Of a stretch of DNA of 64,000 nucleotides, positions 9,438 to 19,900 are shown piece after piece; within the stretch, counting starts at the first letter, position 1, and every line of letters starts with the position of its first letter. Made by a program: the position numbers and the translations under genes. The DNA comes from Myxococcales bacterium (GTDB lineage: Bacteria; Myxococcota_A; Bradymonadia; UBA7976; UBA1532): assembly GCA_009692505.1 (NCBI GenBank), contig SHZC01000004.1, positions 2,135 through 66,134 on the forward strand, given 5' to 3'. The notes under the pieces were generated by a model. The model was not told where the DNA came from, searched no databases, and saw only the letters and a program-made list of their open reading frames with translations.

Positions 9438-12400
9438 ATGCGTTCTATTTCCATGTACTTCTGTTCTGCGGTGCTCGCCTGTGGCTGCCTCGGTGGTGAA
9501 GAGGGCGGTAGCGGGTCGGCCGATTCGTCGACGCCAGGTGCTGATAGTCGAAGCGTGCGCGAGCTCGACGGGCCGTCGACCGGGGATCTGTCGGTCGACG
9601 CCGCCGCGACCGGCGTGGACCTCGCGAGCGATGCCCAACTCGACGGCAATGACGTGCCCACCCCGCCGCCGTCGGCCTGCACCGATACGTTGGACAACGA
9701 CGGCGATGGTCGCGTCGACGGGGCCGATCCGGGCTGCAATGGGCCTAACGACGACGACGAGCTCGACGCGGCCCCTCCGGCTCAGTGCCTCGATGGCCTT
9801 GATAACGACGGCGACGGCCTCGTGGACGTCGCCGATCCGGACTGCGGCAATGAGGCCGACCCCACCGAGCGCGGCGACAACCCTCAGGGGGGCTGCAATA
9901 ACGGCGTGGACGACGACGGGGATGGGCTCGTCGACTTCCCGCTCGACCCCGGCTGCCGCGCCGCGGGCGACGAGAACGAGGAGGATCCCCAGACCCCACC
10001 CGGCTGCGGGAATGAGATCGACGACGACGGCGACGCGCTGACCGACTACCCACTCGATCCCGGCTGTCTCGGGCGCGGTGACATCAGCGAGGTCGATCCG
10101 GAGCTCGCGCCCATCTGCGCGAATGGCCTCGATGATGACCAGGACGGGGACGTCGACTATCCCGCAGACAACGGCTGCATCGCGGCCGCGGACGGTGACG
10201 AGCTTGGGATCTGTGGCGCGTCCCACGAGCCAATCGATCTCACAGAGCACCTGCGGAACAACGCCGCCTACGACGGCGATACGACCGAGGCCGTCGCGGC
10301 CTTCGCCGGCTCCTGCGGCGGTGACAGCGGAGGCGAGGTCGTCTTCGCCTACCACGTCAGCCGACCTCTGGGCGCGGTCATCTTCTCGACTGACCACCCT
10401 GAGACGCTCGCGCCGACGGTCCTCTACGTCCGCACCGGCTGCGTCGACGTCGCCGATGTGGCCTGCAATCGCGGGACACCGGCCACGCCCGGAACCACCG
10501 TCCGTATGGTCCGCCCCGCGCTCGGGACCTACTACATCGTCGTCGACACCAGCCAGCGGGGGCAGGTCGGGCCGTTCCGGCTCACGGTGGAGCGAGAGCC
10601 CGCCCCCAAGTGCAGCAACGGGGTCGACGACGATGCCGACGACATAATTGACCTCGCGGACCCCGGCTGCGTCGATCTCGATGATACGACCGAGGATGAT
10701 CCCGCAGAGGTCCCGGCCTGCGCCAACGGCCTCGACGACGACGGTGACGGGGACGTCGATTACCCGGCCGACGCCGACTGCACGGCGGCCGGTGTGGAGC
10801 GTGAAGGCCCCCTCTGCGCCACGGCGTTTAACATCGTCTCGGTGGACGACGGGGGCGGGGCCTTCCAGGTGCCCGCAGGCCAGGGCGATGGGCTCGCCTT
10901 CGCCTCATGCGCGGACAGCGAGATCGGTCTCGAGACGATGTTTGTGATCACGGTGTCTCAGCCTTCGGTCGTCCGCGTCACAGCAGACGCCGGTGGCGGC
11001 CTGGCGGTCCTCTCGGCACGCCTGAGCTGCGACGAGGCGTTGTCCGAGGTTGCCTGCAGCGCGCCTTTCGGGGACGCCGATCTCGCCTACCGCATGGTCG
11101 AGCCGGGCATCCTCTACGTCATGGCCGATACCCAGGACTTCCAGCCGGCCGCCCTGCTCGACGTTACGATCACCGTCGAGTCGCTGATCGTGGCGTGCAA
11201 CGACGAGGTCGACAATGACGGGGACCTGCTCGTTGACTTGGCCGATCCGGGCTGCGTGCGGCCAAACGACGTATCGGAGGACGATCCGGCCGAGGCTCCC
11301 CTCTGCCTCGACGGGCTCGACAACGATGAAGACGGGTTGATTGACTACCCGACCGACGACGGGTGCTCCTCTGCAGGGGACGGCACCGAATACGTGCTCT
11401 GCGACCTCACGGACAACGTGATCGAGATCGGGGCCGAGGGCGGCAATTACCCCTTCGATCTGAGCGCCAACGAGGATATCTTCCCCGGCTGCCGCGGACA
11501 GGGCGGCGGCGATCAGGTCTTCATCCTGACGCTCGGCCGCGCCTCGACGGTTCAACTCGAGACGGTCAACTCCGGCTTCGACACGACCCTCAATGTCCGG
11601 GCGGCGTGCGACCCCGCCGCCCCGCCTTTGGTCTGCAACGACGACGGTGGTGACGGCGTCCAGTCGCTCGTGAACTTCGCCCGCCTCGAGGCCGGGACCT
11701 ACTTTGCGATCGTCGACTCCTTCGGAGACAGGACCGGGGCGGGTGAGCTTGAGGTGAGCATCACCCCACTGCCCTTCGCCGCCTGTGAAGACGGCCAGGA
11801 CAATGATCTTGATCTGCGCATCGATCTCGATGACCCGGGCTGCCGAGGTCGGACCGATGAGGATGAGCTCGATCCGGAGGTGGACCCGGCGTGCGCCGAC
11901 GACTTGGACAACGACGCCGACGGGCTGACCGATTACCCGGCGGACCCCGAGTGCCGGGCCGCGGGTTCGGCCTCGGAGGTCGACCGCTGTGGCGCGGGCG
12001 TCGAGGTGATTGACGTCGGCGGCGAGGGCGGAGAGGTGGTCGTCGACCTCAACGCCGGTGCAGACGTCGTCGCGTCTTCCTGCGGCCCGGGTGGACCCCA
12101 AGTGGTGGTCGCCGTGACCGTCGATGAGCTCTCGACGATTCGGGTCACCGCCCTCGACGTCGGGTTGTCGGCCCGCGCGCTCTGCGAAGGCGAGAGCCCT
12201 GAGCTGGCCTGCCAACGTAACTTCATCGTCGCCCCCTTGGCCGTGCGCAATGTCGGACCCGGGACCGTGTTCGTCTTCATCGAGCGCGACCCGTTCGAGC
12301 CGGGTGGCCAGGTGACCGTCACTGTGGCGATCGAGTCCATGGTCCGCGAATGCAACGACGCCGTGGACAACGACCTCGACCTGCTCACCGACGACGATGA

Positions 12401-13505
12401 CCCCGGCTGCGAGACGAGCTTGGACGATGAGGAGCTCGATCCGGCGGTCGCCCCGGAGTGCTCTGATGGCATTGACAACGACGGGGATCTGCTCATCGAC
12501 TTCCCCGACGACGGCGACTGCTTCCGGGCGGGCGATGACTTCGAGCTCACGCGCTGCGGCGGCGCGGTCGAGGTCGTCGAGGTCGGACAAGCCGGCGGCG
12601 ACTTCCCCTTCGACACCAACCTCGGCGTGGATCTGGCCGCCGCTACCTGCGGCGAGGGCGTTCAGGACGCGGTCTTCGCCCTGACGCTCGATGAGCCCTC
12701 CACCGTCACAGTGCTCGCGACGAACGAGAACGGGCAGAGAGACTTTCTCGCGTTCCTCAGATCGTCCTGCGAGGCCGCGGCCGTCGAATTGGCCTGCGCC
12801 AGCGACTTTGATGCGCCCTTGACGGTCCGTGCTCTCCAGCCGGGCACCTATTACGTTTTCCTGTCCAAGGCGGAATTCTCGAATTCGACGAGCGGCTCCG
12901 TGAACATCCGCGTCCGCTCCCTCATTCGCGAGTGCAACGACGGCGTGGACAACGACGGCGACGCGGCCATTGACGCACGGGATCCGGGCTGTGCAACGGG
13001 GTCGGACGACAGCGAGGCCGATCCGGCGGTCGCCCCGGCCTGCGCCAATGGGCTCGACGACGACGGCGACCTTCTCACGGATCTGGATGACGCCGAGTGT
13101 CTCTTCGCGGGCGGGAGTCGCGAGGACGAGAGCTGCATCGAGCCCATCGAGGTCGTCGATGTTGCTCCCGGCGGCGGCGACTACGACGTCACGAACGACG
13201 GCCAGATGAGCTACTACGGCGCGACCTGTGGCGGGGACGCGCCCGAGGTGGCTCTTCGGCTCACTCTGGACGTGGTCTCCGATGTTACGGCCGAGGTCAT
13301 TGCCGCGACCCACGACCCGGTCTTGTTCCTGCGGTCGGGGTGTGACGATGCCGCCTCTGAGATCGCCTGCAACGACGACTTCGGCGGTATTCTGTCCTTC
13401 ATCGACGCCCCCGGCCTGCAGCCCGGGGCGTACCACCTCTTCCTCGATGGCTTCAACGGTGACATCGGTGACGCGACCGTGCGGGTGACCATCACCCCCC
13501 AGTAA
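9438..13505 (+). CDS. Giant modular lipoprotein: 15 Cys-bracketed DxDxDG (MopE/TSP3-like) motifs and six ~130-150-aa Cys-containing beta-type (PPC-like) domains
   Basis: ATG 9438 gives MRSISMYFCSAVLACGC (lipobox). Repeated motifs of the form C-x-[DN]-G-x-D-[DN]-D-x-D-G-x-x-D-x-x-D-P-x-C. Each large domain ends in a G-[TA]-Y-x-[IVF]-x-[VL]-D strand. The 9252 start in the ORF track adds an implausible Arg/Pro-rich leader. Confidence 0.8.
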   Translation: MRSISMYFCSAVLACGCLGGEEGGSGSADSSTPGADSRSVRELDGPSTGDLSVDAAATGVDLASDAQLDGNDVPTPPPSACTDTLDNDGDGRVDGADPGCNGPNDDDELDAAPPAQCLDGLDNDGDGLVDVADPDCGNEADPTERGDNPQGGCNNGVDDDGDGLVDFPLDPGCRAAGDENEEDPQTPPGCGNEIDDDGDALTDYPLDPGCLGRGDISEVDPELAPICANGLDDDQDGDVDYPADNGCIAAADGDELGICGASHEPIDLTEHLRNNAAYDGDTTEAVAAFAGSCGGDSGGEVVFAYHVSRPLGAVIFSTDHPETLAPTVLYVRTGCVDVADVACNRGTPATPGTTVRMVRPALGTYYIVVDTSQRGQVGPFRLTVEREPAPKCSNGVDDDADDIIDLADPGCVDLDDTTEDDPAEVPACANGLDDDGDGDVDYPADADCTAAGVEREGPLCATAFNIVSVDDGGGAFQVPAGQGDGLAFASCADSEIGLETMFVITVSQPSVVRVTADAGGGLAVLSARLSCDEALSEVACSAPFGDADLAYRMVEPGILYVMADTQDFQPAALLDVTITVESLIVACNDEVDNDGDLLVDLADPGCVRPNDVSEDDPAEAPLCLDGLDNDEDGLIDYPTDDGCSSAGDGTEYVLCDLTDNVIEIGAEGGNYPFDLSANEDIFPGCRGQGGGDQVFILTLGRASTVQLETVNSGFDTTLNVRAACDPAAPPLVCNDDGGDGVQSLVNFARLEAGTYFAIVDSFGDRTGAGELEVSITPLPFAACEDGQDNDLDLRIDLDDPGCRGRTDEDELDPEVDPACADDLDNDADGLTDYPADPECRAAGSASEVDRCGAGVEVIDVGGEGGEVVVDLNAGADVVASSCGPGGPQVVVAVTVDELSTIRVTALDVGLSARALCEGESPELACQRNFIVAPLAVRNVGPGTVFVFIERDPFEPGGQVTVTVAIESMVRECNDAVDNDLDLLTDDDDPGCETSLDDEELDPAVAPECSDGIDNDGDLLIDFPDDGDCFRAGDDFELTRCGGAVEVVEVGQAGGDFPFDTNLGVDLAAATCGEGVQDAVFALTLDEPSTVTVLATNENGQRDFLAFLRSSCEAAAVELACASDFDAPLTVRALQPGTYYVFLSKAEFSNSTSGSVNIRVRSLIRECNDGVDNDGDAAIDARDPGCATGSDDSEADPAVAPACANGLDDDGDLLTDLDDAECLFAGGSREDESCIEPIEVVDVAPGGGDYDVTNDGQMSYYGATCGGDAPEVALRLTLDVVSDVTAEVIAATHDPVLFLRSGCDDAASEIACNDDFGGILSFIDAPGLQPGAYHLFLDGFNGDIGDATVRVTITPQ
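10611..13502 (+). repeat. Five consecutive ~570-590-bp coding modules (two Asp-rich motifs plus one beta-type domain) inside the 9438-13505 CDS
   Basis: The first Cys codon of each module falls at 10611, 11196, 11784, 12351 and 12933 (spacing 585, 588, 567 and 582 bp). The modules are divergent at the protein level but collinear. Confidence 0.8.
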
Positions 13506-13881
13506 CGTCCCCCGCGGGCAGGCCTTCCGGACGCCAGCGGGAATTCGAAAGCTCGGTCCGACCTAAGGCGTCGAACACGATCCCCTCGGCCTCCAGTCGA
13601 CGCCGCTGACTCTCGGCTCGGATGAGGTCTCCGCGGTGGCTGATGCGCCCCTGAGCGTTGATCACCCGATGCCAGGGCACGGTTGGGTCAGCGAGGGCCG
13701 CCAAGGCATAGCCGACCTGGCGCGCGACCCTCGGTGAACCGAGCATTGTGGCGACATCGCCGTAGGTCGCGACGTTCCCGCTCGGGATCTGCCGCACGAC
13801 TTCGTAGACGCGCAGATTGAAACCCCTACCCAGGGCTCTTGGCTCGCCGCTCTTGAGCCGATTTGTACCGCTTACGTTCAA
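13492..13881 (-). CDS. Alkyltransferase-like protein (ATL; MGMT DNA-binding domain with Trp replacing the acceptor Cys)
   Basis: 129 aa. …VPSGNVATYGDVA…GSPRVARQVGYAL… and PWHRVIN in place of the PCHRV active site, as in YbaZ/Atl1-type ATLs. Confidence 0.8.
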   Translation of the reverse strand: MNVSGTNRLKSGEPRALGRGFNLRVYEVVRQIPSGNVATYGDVATMLGSPRVARQVGYALAALADPTVPWHRVINAQGRISHRGDLIRAESQRRRLEAEGIVFDALGRTELSNSRWRPEGLPAGDVTGG

Positions 13882-13993
13882 GAGTGCACCAGATTCAGAA
13901 GTTTGAAGTTCGAGGCCGGAAACGGCTAACCTACGCCACCATTCGATGATTTAGACCGCGTGCAACGGTGCCGAGACAAGTGAGGGGACGGAG

Positions 13994-16900
13994 ATGAAGC
14001 AAGTCGTCTGGGGACGGACAGGGCTTTCGGCTCTTGTGCTGGCCTTGGTGTCGGCGGCGATAGGCCCTGCGGCCTACGCCCAGATCCAGGATCCGTTGAT
14101 CGTGATGGTGCCCTTCGCCCAGAGCAACGCCGCGATCCCGCATCCGGCCCACGAAGGGGCGAGGATCACCCTGAAGGGCATCCTGAGAAACGCGAACTGC
14201 GCGGGCGGCTACCGCGTGCAGTGGGACATCGACGGCGACGCGAACTACGACGAGGAGACGGTCCGGGTCGTGACCCCCACGTCGGGCACCGTGTACGACA
14301 TCGGGCGGACGTTCAACGTGCCCGATGTGGCGCGCGACAGCCGCCTCGCGATGACCGTCCGCGTCCTGAACACCTGCACCATGGTGCCCGCGTTCGGCAC
14401 ATTCCGGCTCTTCGTCTACGACTTCACACCGGCCCCCAACCCCGAGCAATGGACCCCCGATCAGGTGGGCATCATGGCCCAGATGGCCGTGCAGGAGTCC
14501 ATGTGGTGGGGCCACCGCAATCAGGTCGGCCGGGTGTCGATCGGCACAAACATCGGAAGGAGTCAGTTCGGGAGCTACCATTGGGCCAACACCGGCGTCG
14601 GCCTCTGGCTGTTCACCATCAACGGCCACCAACCCGCGCTCCCGCCGGGCACGATCAACCTCTTCAATCAGCCGCTGCCCAACGGCTGGGCCGAGCAGAA
14701 CCTGTATCGGTGGACGAACGATCCTTATGCCGAGACCGTGGGCATGATGGCCAACGGGGTCATCAACTCGGGGACAGGCTTCGTCAACATCAGCTGTGAG
14801 GATGAGGAGAACACCTGCGGCTATAACCCCGACGGTACCCAGCGAAACTGCAACCGCCTGCCTGGAACGGAAGGCTGTCGGGGTCTGTACACGGCCACGA
14901 CCCGAAATACCTATGTCCAAGGCATGGCCCTCGGTGGATTAGCGACGCTCCTGCCTACTTTTGGTGGAACCAGGCTCCAGGTCGGTGCGGCCGGTATCGT
15001 GGGGATGACATGGCCCAATTTTGTTCAGGAACTGTCTGATCTTCTCGGTTGGGAGCAGATCAAGTCGGGCTGCGCGAATGGTGGCTGGTACTATCAGGAG
15101 ACGGCGGGCACCGCCTGCGGTTACAGCGATGGATCAACAAGCCAGTGGGCCTATATTGGCCTCGAGAGCGCCGAAATCAACGGCGCGCCCTACGGTGTGT
15201 TCGTCAACAACCGTCACAAGTATCGCATCGCCGCGAACCTGATCGCCAACCAGAGCGGAGAAGGCGGATCGACCTATACCACCGGTCGACCCTCGAACTT
15301 TCAGTTAACCGGTGGCGGGATCTTGGCCGGTCGTTGGCTCGGTGTGCATACCTTCGCCTCCAATGACAATACGGTCGCGTTTCCGGTGCATGGAAACAAC
15401 CACACTCGAGGGCAACTTCGAACCTCCTATGACAGATACATCCAGTACACGGCGGCTAATTGGACGTCTGCGGGTATTCTTGGCTCCATCGGGTGGGCCA
15501 CACGGCTCTGGCAGAATGGCGACTACCTCTGCGGCAATCGAAACGCGATCTACAACGCCGGTCGCTGCGGAAACACTTATGCGATGTATTCTCACCAGAA
15601 GGGCTATCGGACCGGCCAGCCCGAGCTTGAGACCATCGGTGGCCATGACTGGTTTCGCGAATTCTCCATCTACTACATGCGCGCCCAGGACCGTACGGAG
15701 GGCGATTACACAAACTTTGGTCGCGTGATTGACGAGTTCTGTGCCAATCACTCGGTGACCTGCGCTTATGGCGCGCCGTTCGTCTCCGGCTCGTTCGCCG
15801 GTCTTTCCCTGACGCCCACGCTCTTTAAACCCAAGCCCGTGGCCATCGCCGTCGTTCAGCCCACCACCGTCGTCGAGGGGTGTATCGGCGGCAATAACGG
15901 CCTCGTCACGGCCAGCCATGGGGAGTCGTTCCACCCGGACGTCTCGCAGCGGATCGCGCGATACCAGTGGGACTTCGACGCAGGCAACGGCCTCTGGTGG
16001 GTGACGAACGCCGCGCCCGACTGGGAGATCGCCGACGCGGGCGCGACCTTCTCGTACCGCTACGCGCGTCGGGGCAATTACGTCGCCACGCTCCGGGTCG
16101 TCGACAATAACCGTGTGCCCTTGACGGCCTCGCAGACTGTGAACGTGACGGTCGAGGCGGCGGCGAACGTCGCGCCCGCGGCGGCCGCAGGGGGCGCCTA
16201 CATCGTCGAGGTCGGGAGCGCGCTGCAGCTCCAGGGCAGCGCCAATGACGTGAACATCGGCTGCGGCGACACCGTGAACACCTCCTGGGACCTCAACAAC
16301 GCCAACACCTTCAACGCGGCCGTCGGACCCACGGGCGTGATCCCCTGGAACCTGCTTCGGGCCATGCCCATCGGCCAGCCGATCCCCCTGAACATCCGGG
16401 TCGTCGACTCCCGAAACCTCGTCTCGACGGCCGCGACGACCGTCACGATCTACCCGGCCGAGCCCGTGGCCGTTGGCGTCGCGCTGCCCAACCCTGCGGC
16501 GTGCGGGCAGGTGGTCGTCCTCGATGGCGGTCGGAGCTATCACCCCAACCCGCAGCGCTCGATCGCCCAGTATCGCTGGGATGTCGACAGCAACGGCACC
16601 TTCGACGGCGGCGGCGCGAACCCGCAGTTCTCGTATACGTTTCGGCGCTTCGGCCAGTTCATGGTCACTTTGCAGGTCGTCGATGACCTGAACCGGTCGC
16701 ACAACTCGCAGTTCCAGGTCTCCGTGGACCAGGGCAATCAACCGCCGGTGGCGCGGGTCTCCCAGGCCGACTACACGGTGCTCGAGGGCGCGAGCCTGAC
16801 CCTCGACGCGCGGAACTCGTCTGACGCCAACGTCGACTGCGGCGACGGCATCGCGCGGTACGAGTGGGACCTCAACGGGAACGGTCGCTTCGACGACGCG

Positions 16901-19900
16901 GTGGATGTGCAGGGCGTCAACCCGACGCTCAACTGGAACACGGTCTCTCAGGCCTTTCAGTGGCCGGCTGATCGCGTCACGGGGCTGCCGACCAACACGG
17001 CCACGCTCCGGGTCGTCGACTCCTTTGGCGGTGCTGCGACGGTCAACTTCACGGTGACCATCTATCTCGCGCTCCCCATCGCGCGGGTCGTGCAGTCTCC
17101 GAATCCGGCGCCGATCAATCTGGTCAATGGGTCCTCGAATCCGCTCCTCGATGGCCGCGAGAGCGCGTCGCCGATCCCCGGCATGACGATCGCCCGGTAC
17201 GACTGGGACGCGGACGACAACGGCACCTTCGAGATCGCCAATCAGGCCGTCATCGAATTCGAGCGGGTCTTCAACCCCGTGCCCCGCCCCGACAATCTGC
17301 CGGTGGTCTTTGTGTCTCTGCGCGTGACCGACCGCGACGGGCGAACCGCGACGACGCGTTACCGCGTGAACTATCGGATGCCGCCGACGCCGCCTACGGC
17401 CGACGCCGATCCGACGGACCCGCCCGAGGCGCAGTATCACGTCCTCGCAGGCGACGGCGTCACGCTCGACGCGTCGGCGTCCTTCGACCCCGATACGCGC
17501 GACTTCGGCGACTTCATCACGCGCTATCGGTGGGACTTGCCCAACGTCGATCCCGGCGACATGAACCCGGCCTGGGAGCGGCAGATCAACGACGCCAACG
17601 GCGACCGCCAAGAGGCGAGGCTCGTCTTGTCTCCACAGGACCTCCAGAACCTCGGCGTCGGCGGGCCGGGTACCTATGGCGTGCTGCTCGAGGTCGAGGA
17701 CACGACCCGGATTCGCAGCCGGGACACCACGACGCTCCACGTCTACGCCCGGAACCCCGTCGCCGTGGCCGCGGCCAACCCCAACCCGGCCGCCTGCGGA
17801 GGTCGCGTCGCGTTTGACGCCGCCCGCTCGGACCACCCGCACCCCAACGTGGACATCGCCTCGTACGCCTGGGACCTCGACGGGGACGGCCAATTCGATG
17901 ACGCCGACACGCCTCAGGCGACCCGCCAGTTTGGCCAGTTCACCTTCGGGCAGCCGGCGGTCGTGGGCCTGCAGGTCCGGGACTCCAACGGCAACGTCGG
18001 GACGACCTCGATCAACGTCGACGTCAGCCTCGGCAATCGCGCGCCCACGGCGTTGCCGGGTGGCCCCTACTTCATCGCCTTCAACGATGCGCTGCGGCTC
18101 GATGCTCTCGCCTCGATCGACGTCGACACCGCCTGCGGTGACCGCATCGTACGTTATGAGTGGGACCTCAACGCGGACGGGAGCGTGGAGTTCTCGGGCG
18201 CAAACGCCGGGGCGACCAACATCACGTGGGCCCAACTCGTCAACGCCGGGATCAATCGGGTCGGGCAGTTCAACGTCCGGCTGCGGGTCGTCGACCGGTT
18301 TGGCGTGACCAACGACGCCGTGGCCCAGATTCGCGTCGTCAACGGGCCCCGCGCGGTCGCTGCGGCGATCCCCAACATGGCGGGCTGCCAGCAGGCGGTC
18401 ACCTACGATGCGAGCGGCAGCAGCACGGATGGACCCGCTGGCGCCGGCTTCGACCTCGTCTCTTATGAGTGGGACCTCACCAACGACGGCTCGCTCGACC
18501 GCGCAGGCGTGCGCATCGTGCACAACGTCGTCGGACAGGGCAACGTCACCGCGCGGCTCGTGGTCACCGACGAGAGCGGCCGCACCTCGACCGCCACGGT
18601 GGTCGTCACCGTCAATATCAACAACGTCGCCCCGGTCGCTCACCCGGGTGGCCCCTACGTCACCGGTCGAGTGGGCGGGGTCTTCCAGCCCGTGCGGCTC
18701 GACGGGCGCGCGTCCTTCGACCCCAACGCGCCTTGCGACCGAATCGTCACCTATCGCTGGGACACCGACAACGACCAACTCTTCGGCGTGGCCGACGTCG
18801 GCGGGGCGAGTGGACTTGTCGGCACCGACGTCGTCGGGGCCTTCGTGGACTATCGAAACCCGGCGTGGCAGATCGGCGTCGCGCAGATCGTGCGCCTTCA
18901 GGCCTGCGACTCCTTCGGCTTGTGCTCGCCCCCCGCGGACGTCGAGATCAACGTTCAGGCCGAGGCCCCGCCGGTCGGAGAGATCCTCTCGCCGCGGGCA
19001 GGCGAGGAGACCTGCGTGGCCGGTGGTCAGCAGCAGATTCGGTTCCGCGTCGCCGATCCCGAAGGCGAGCCCGTCACGGTGATCGCGCTCGTTGGCGGCG
19101 TCGAGGTTGGGCGCACCCAGATCAACGTCCCCGCCAACGGCACGACCGTCGATGGCGTCGTCACCATCAACGGCGACGCGATCGTCGACGGCCGGCGTGA
19201 GCTCATCCTTCGGTTCGACGACGGGCGCGGGGGCGTATCTTCGGCCAACGCGGGTGGCCTCATCGTGTTCGACAAGACACCTCCCGTCCTCAACGTCGGC
19301 GCGCAGCCCGTGGAGAACGTCTGCTACAACCTCAATCAAGTCCCGGTCGCCAACCCCGTGGTCATGGACAACCTCGACGCCACGCCGCTGCTCGAGGTCA
19401 GCTTGGTCAGCGCGGGCTGCTTGCGGACGGTGGTGGCGCGAGCGACAGACGCGTGCGGCAACGTGACCACCGCGCAGCGGCCCTACCGAGTCGCCGAGCC
19501 CGCGGCCGTGGACATCCAAGGGGCCGCGGAAGGCGCCTTGGTCGCGAACCCACGCATGACCTGGGCGGTCATCGGCCGAGCGGACTGCGCGGGCAACATC
19601 GCCTCCACGCTCTCCCTCAATGGGGCGGCAGCGGCGCCCTACGTCATGGGCACGATCATCAACGTGCCGGGTAATTACGCGCTGACCTTGACGGTGCCCA
19701 ACTGCGCCGGGGTCGCCCAGCGGATCGTCCGGAGCTTCATCGTCAACGGTCCGCCGATCTCCGTTCCGGTTCCCGCCGACCATGGCCAGCGAGACCCGCG
19801 GGCGGCCAATCCCTCCGGCTACATCGTGGCCGAGGGTTCAGCCCTCAGGGTGGACGGTCGGGAGTCGCGCCCGCCTGAGGCCGCCGACCGTGTCGTTCGC

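Noticed and set aside
10905-13436. 843-aa antisense ORF opposite the modular lipoprotein gene. Similar long antisense or off-frame ORFs occur at 2167-3957, 8036-9739, 50390-52027 and 57607-59673.
   Set aside because: All overlap CDSs with clear family signatures on the other strand or frame. Their translations are low-complexity Arg/Pro/Gly/Asp strings.
15305-19783. 1492-aa ORF antisense to the giant PKD gene
   Set aside because: Its composition is Arg/Gly/Asp/Val-rich with no motifs. It lies exactly opposite a strongly supported PKD-repeat CDS. This is a typical stop-codon-poor antisense frame in very GC-rich DNA.
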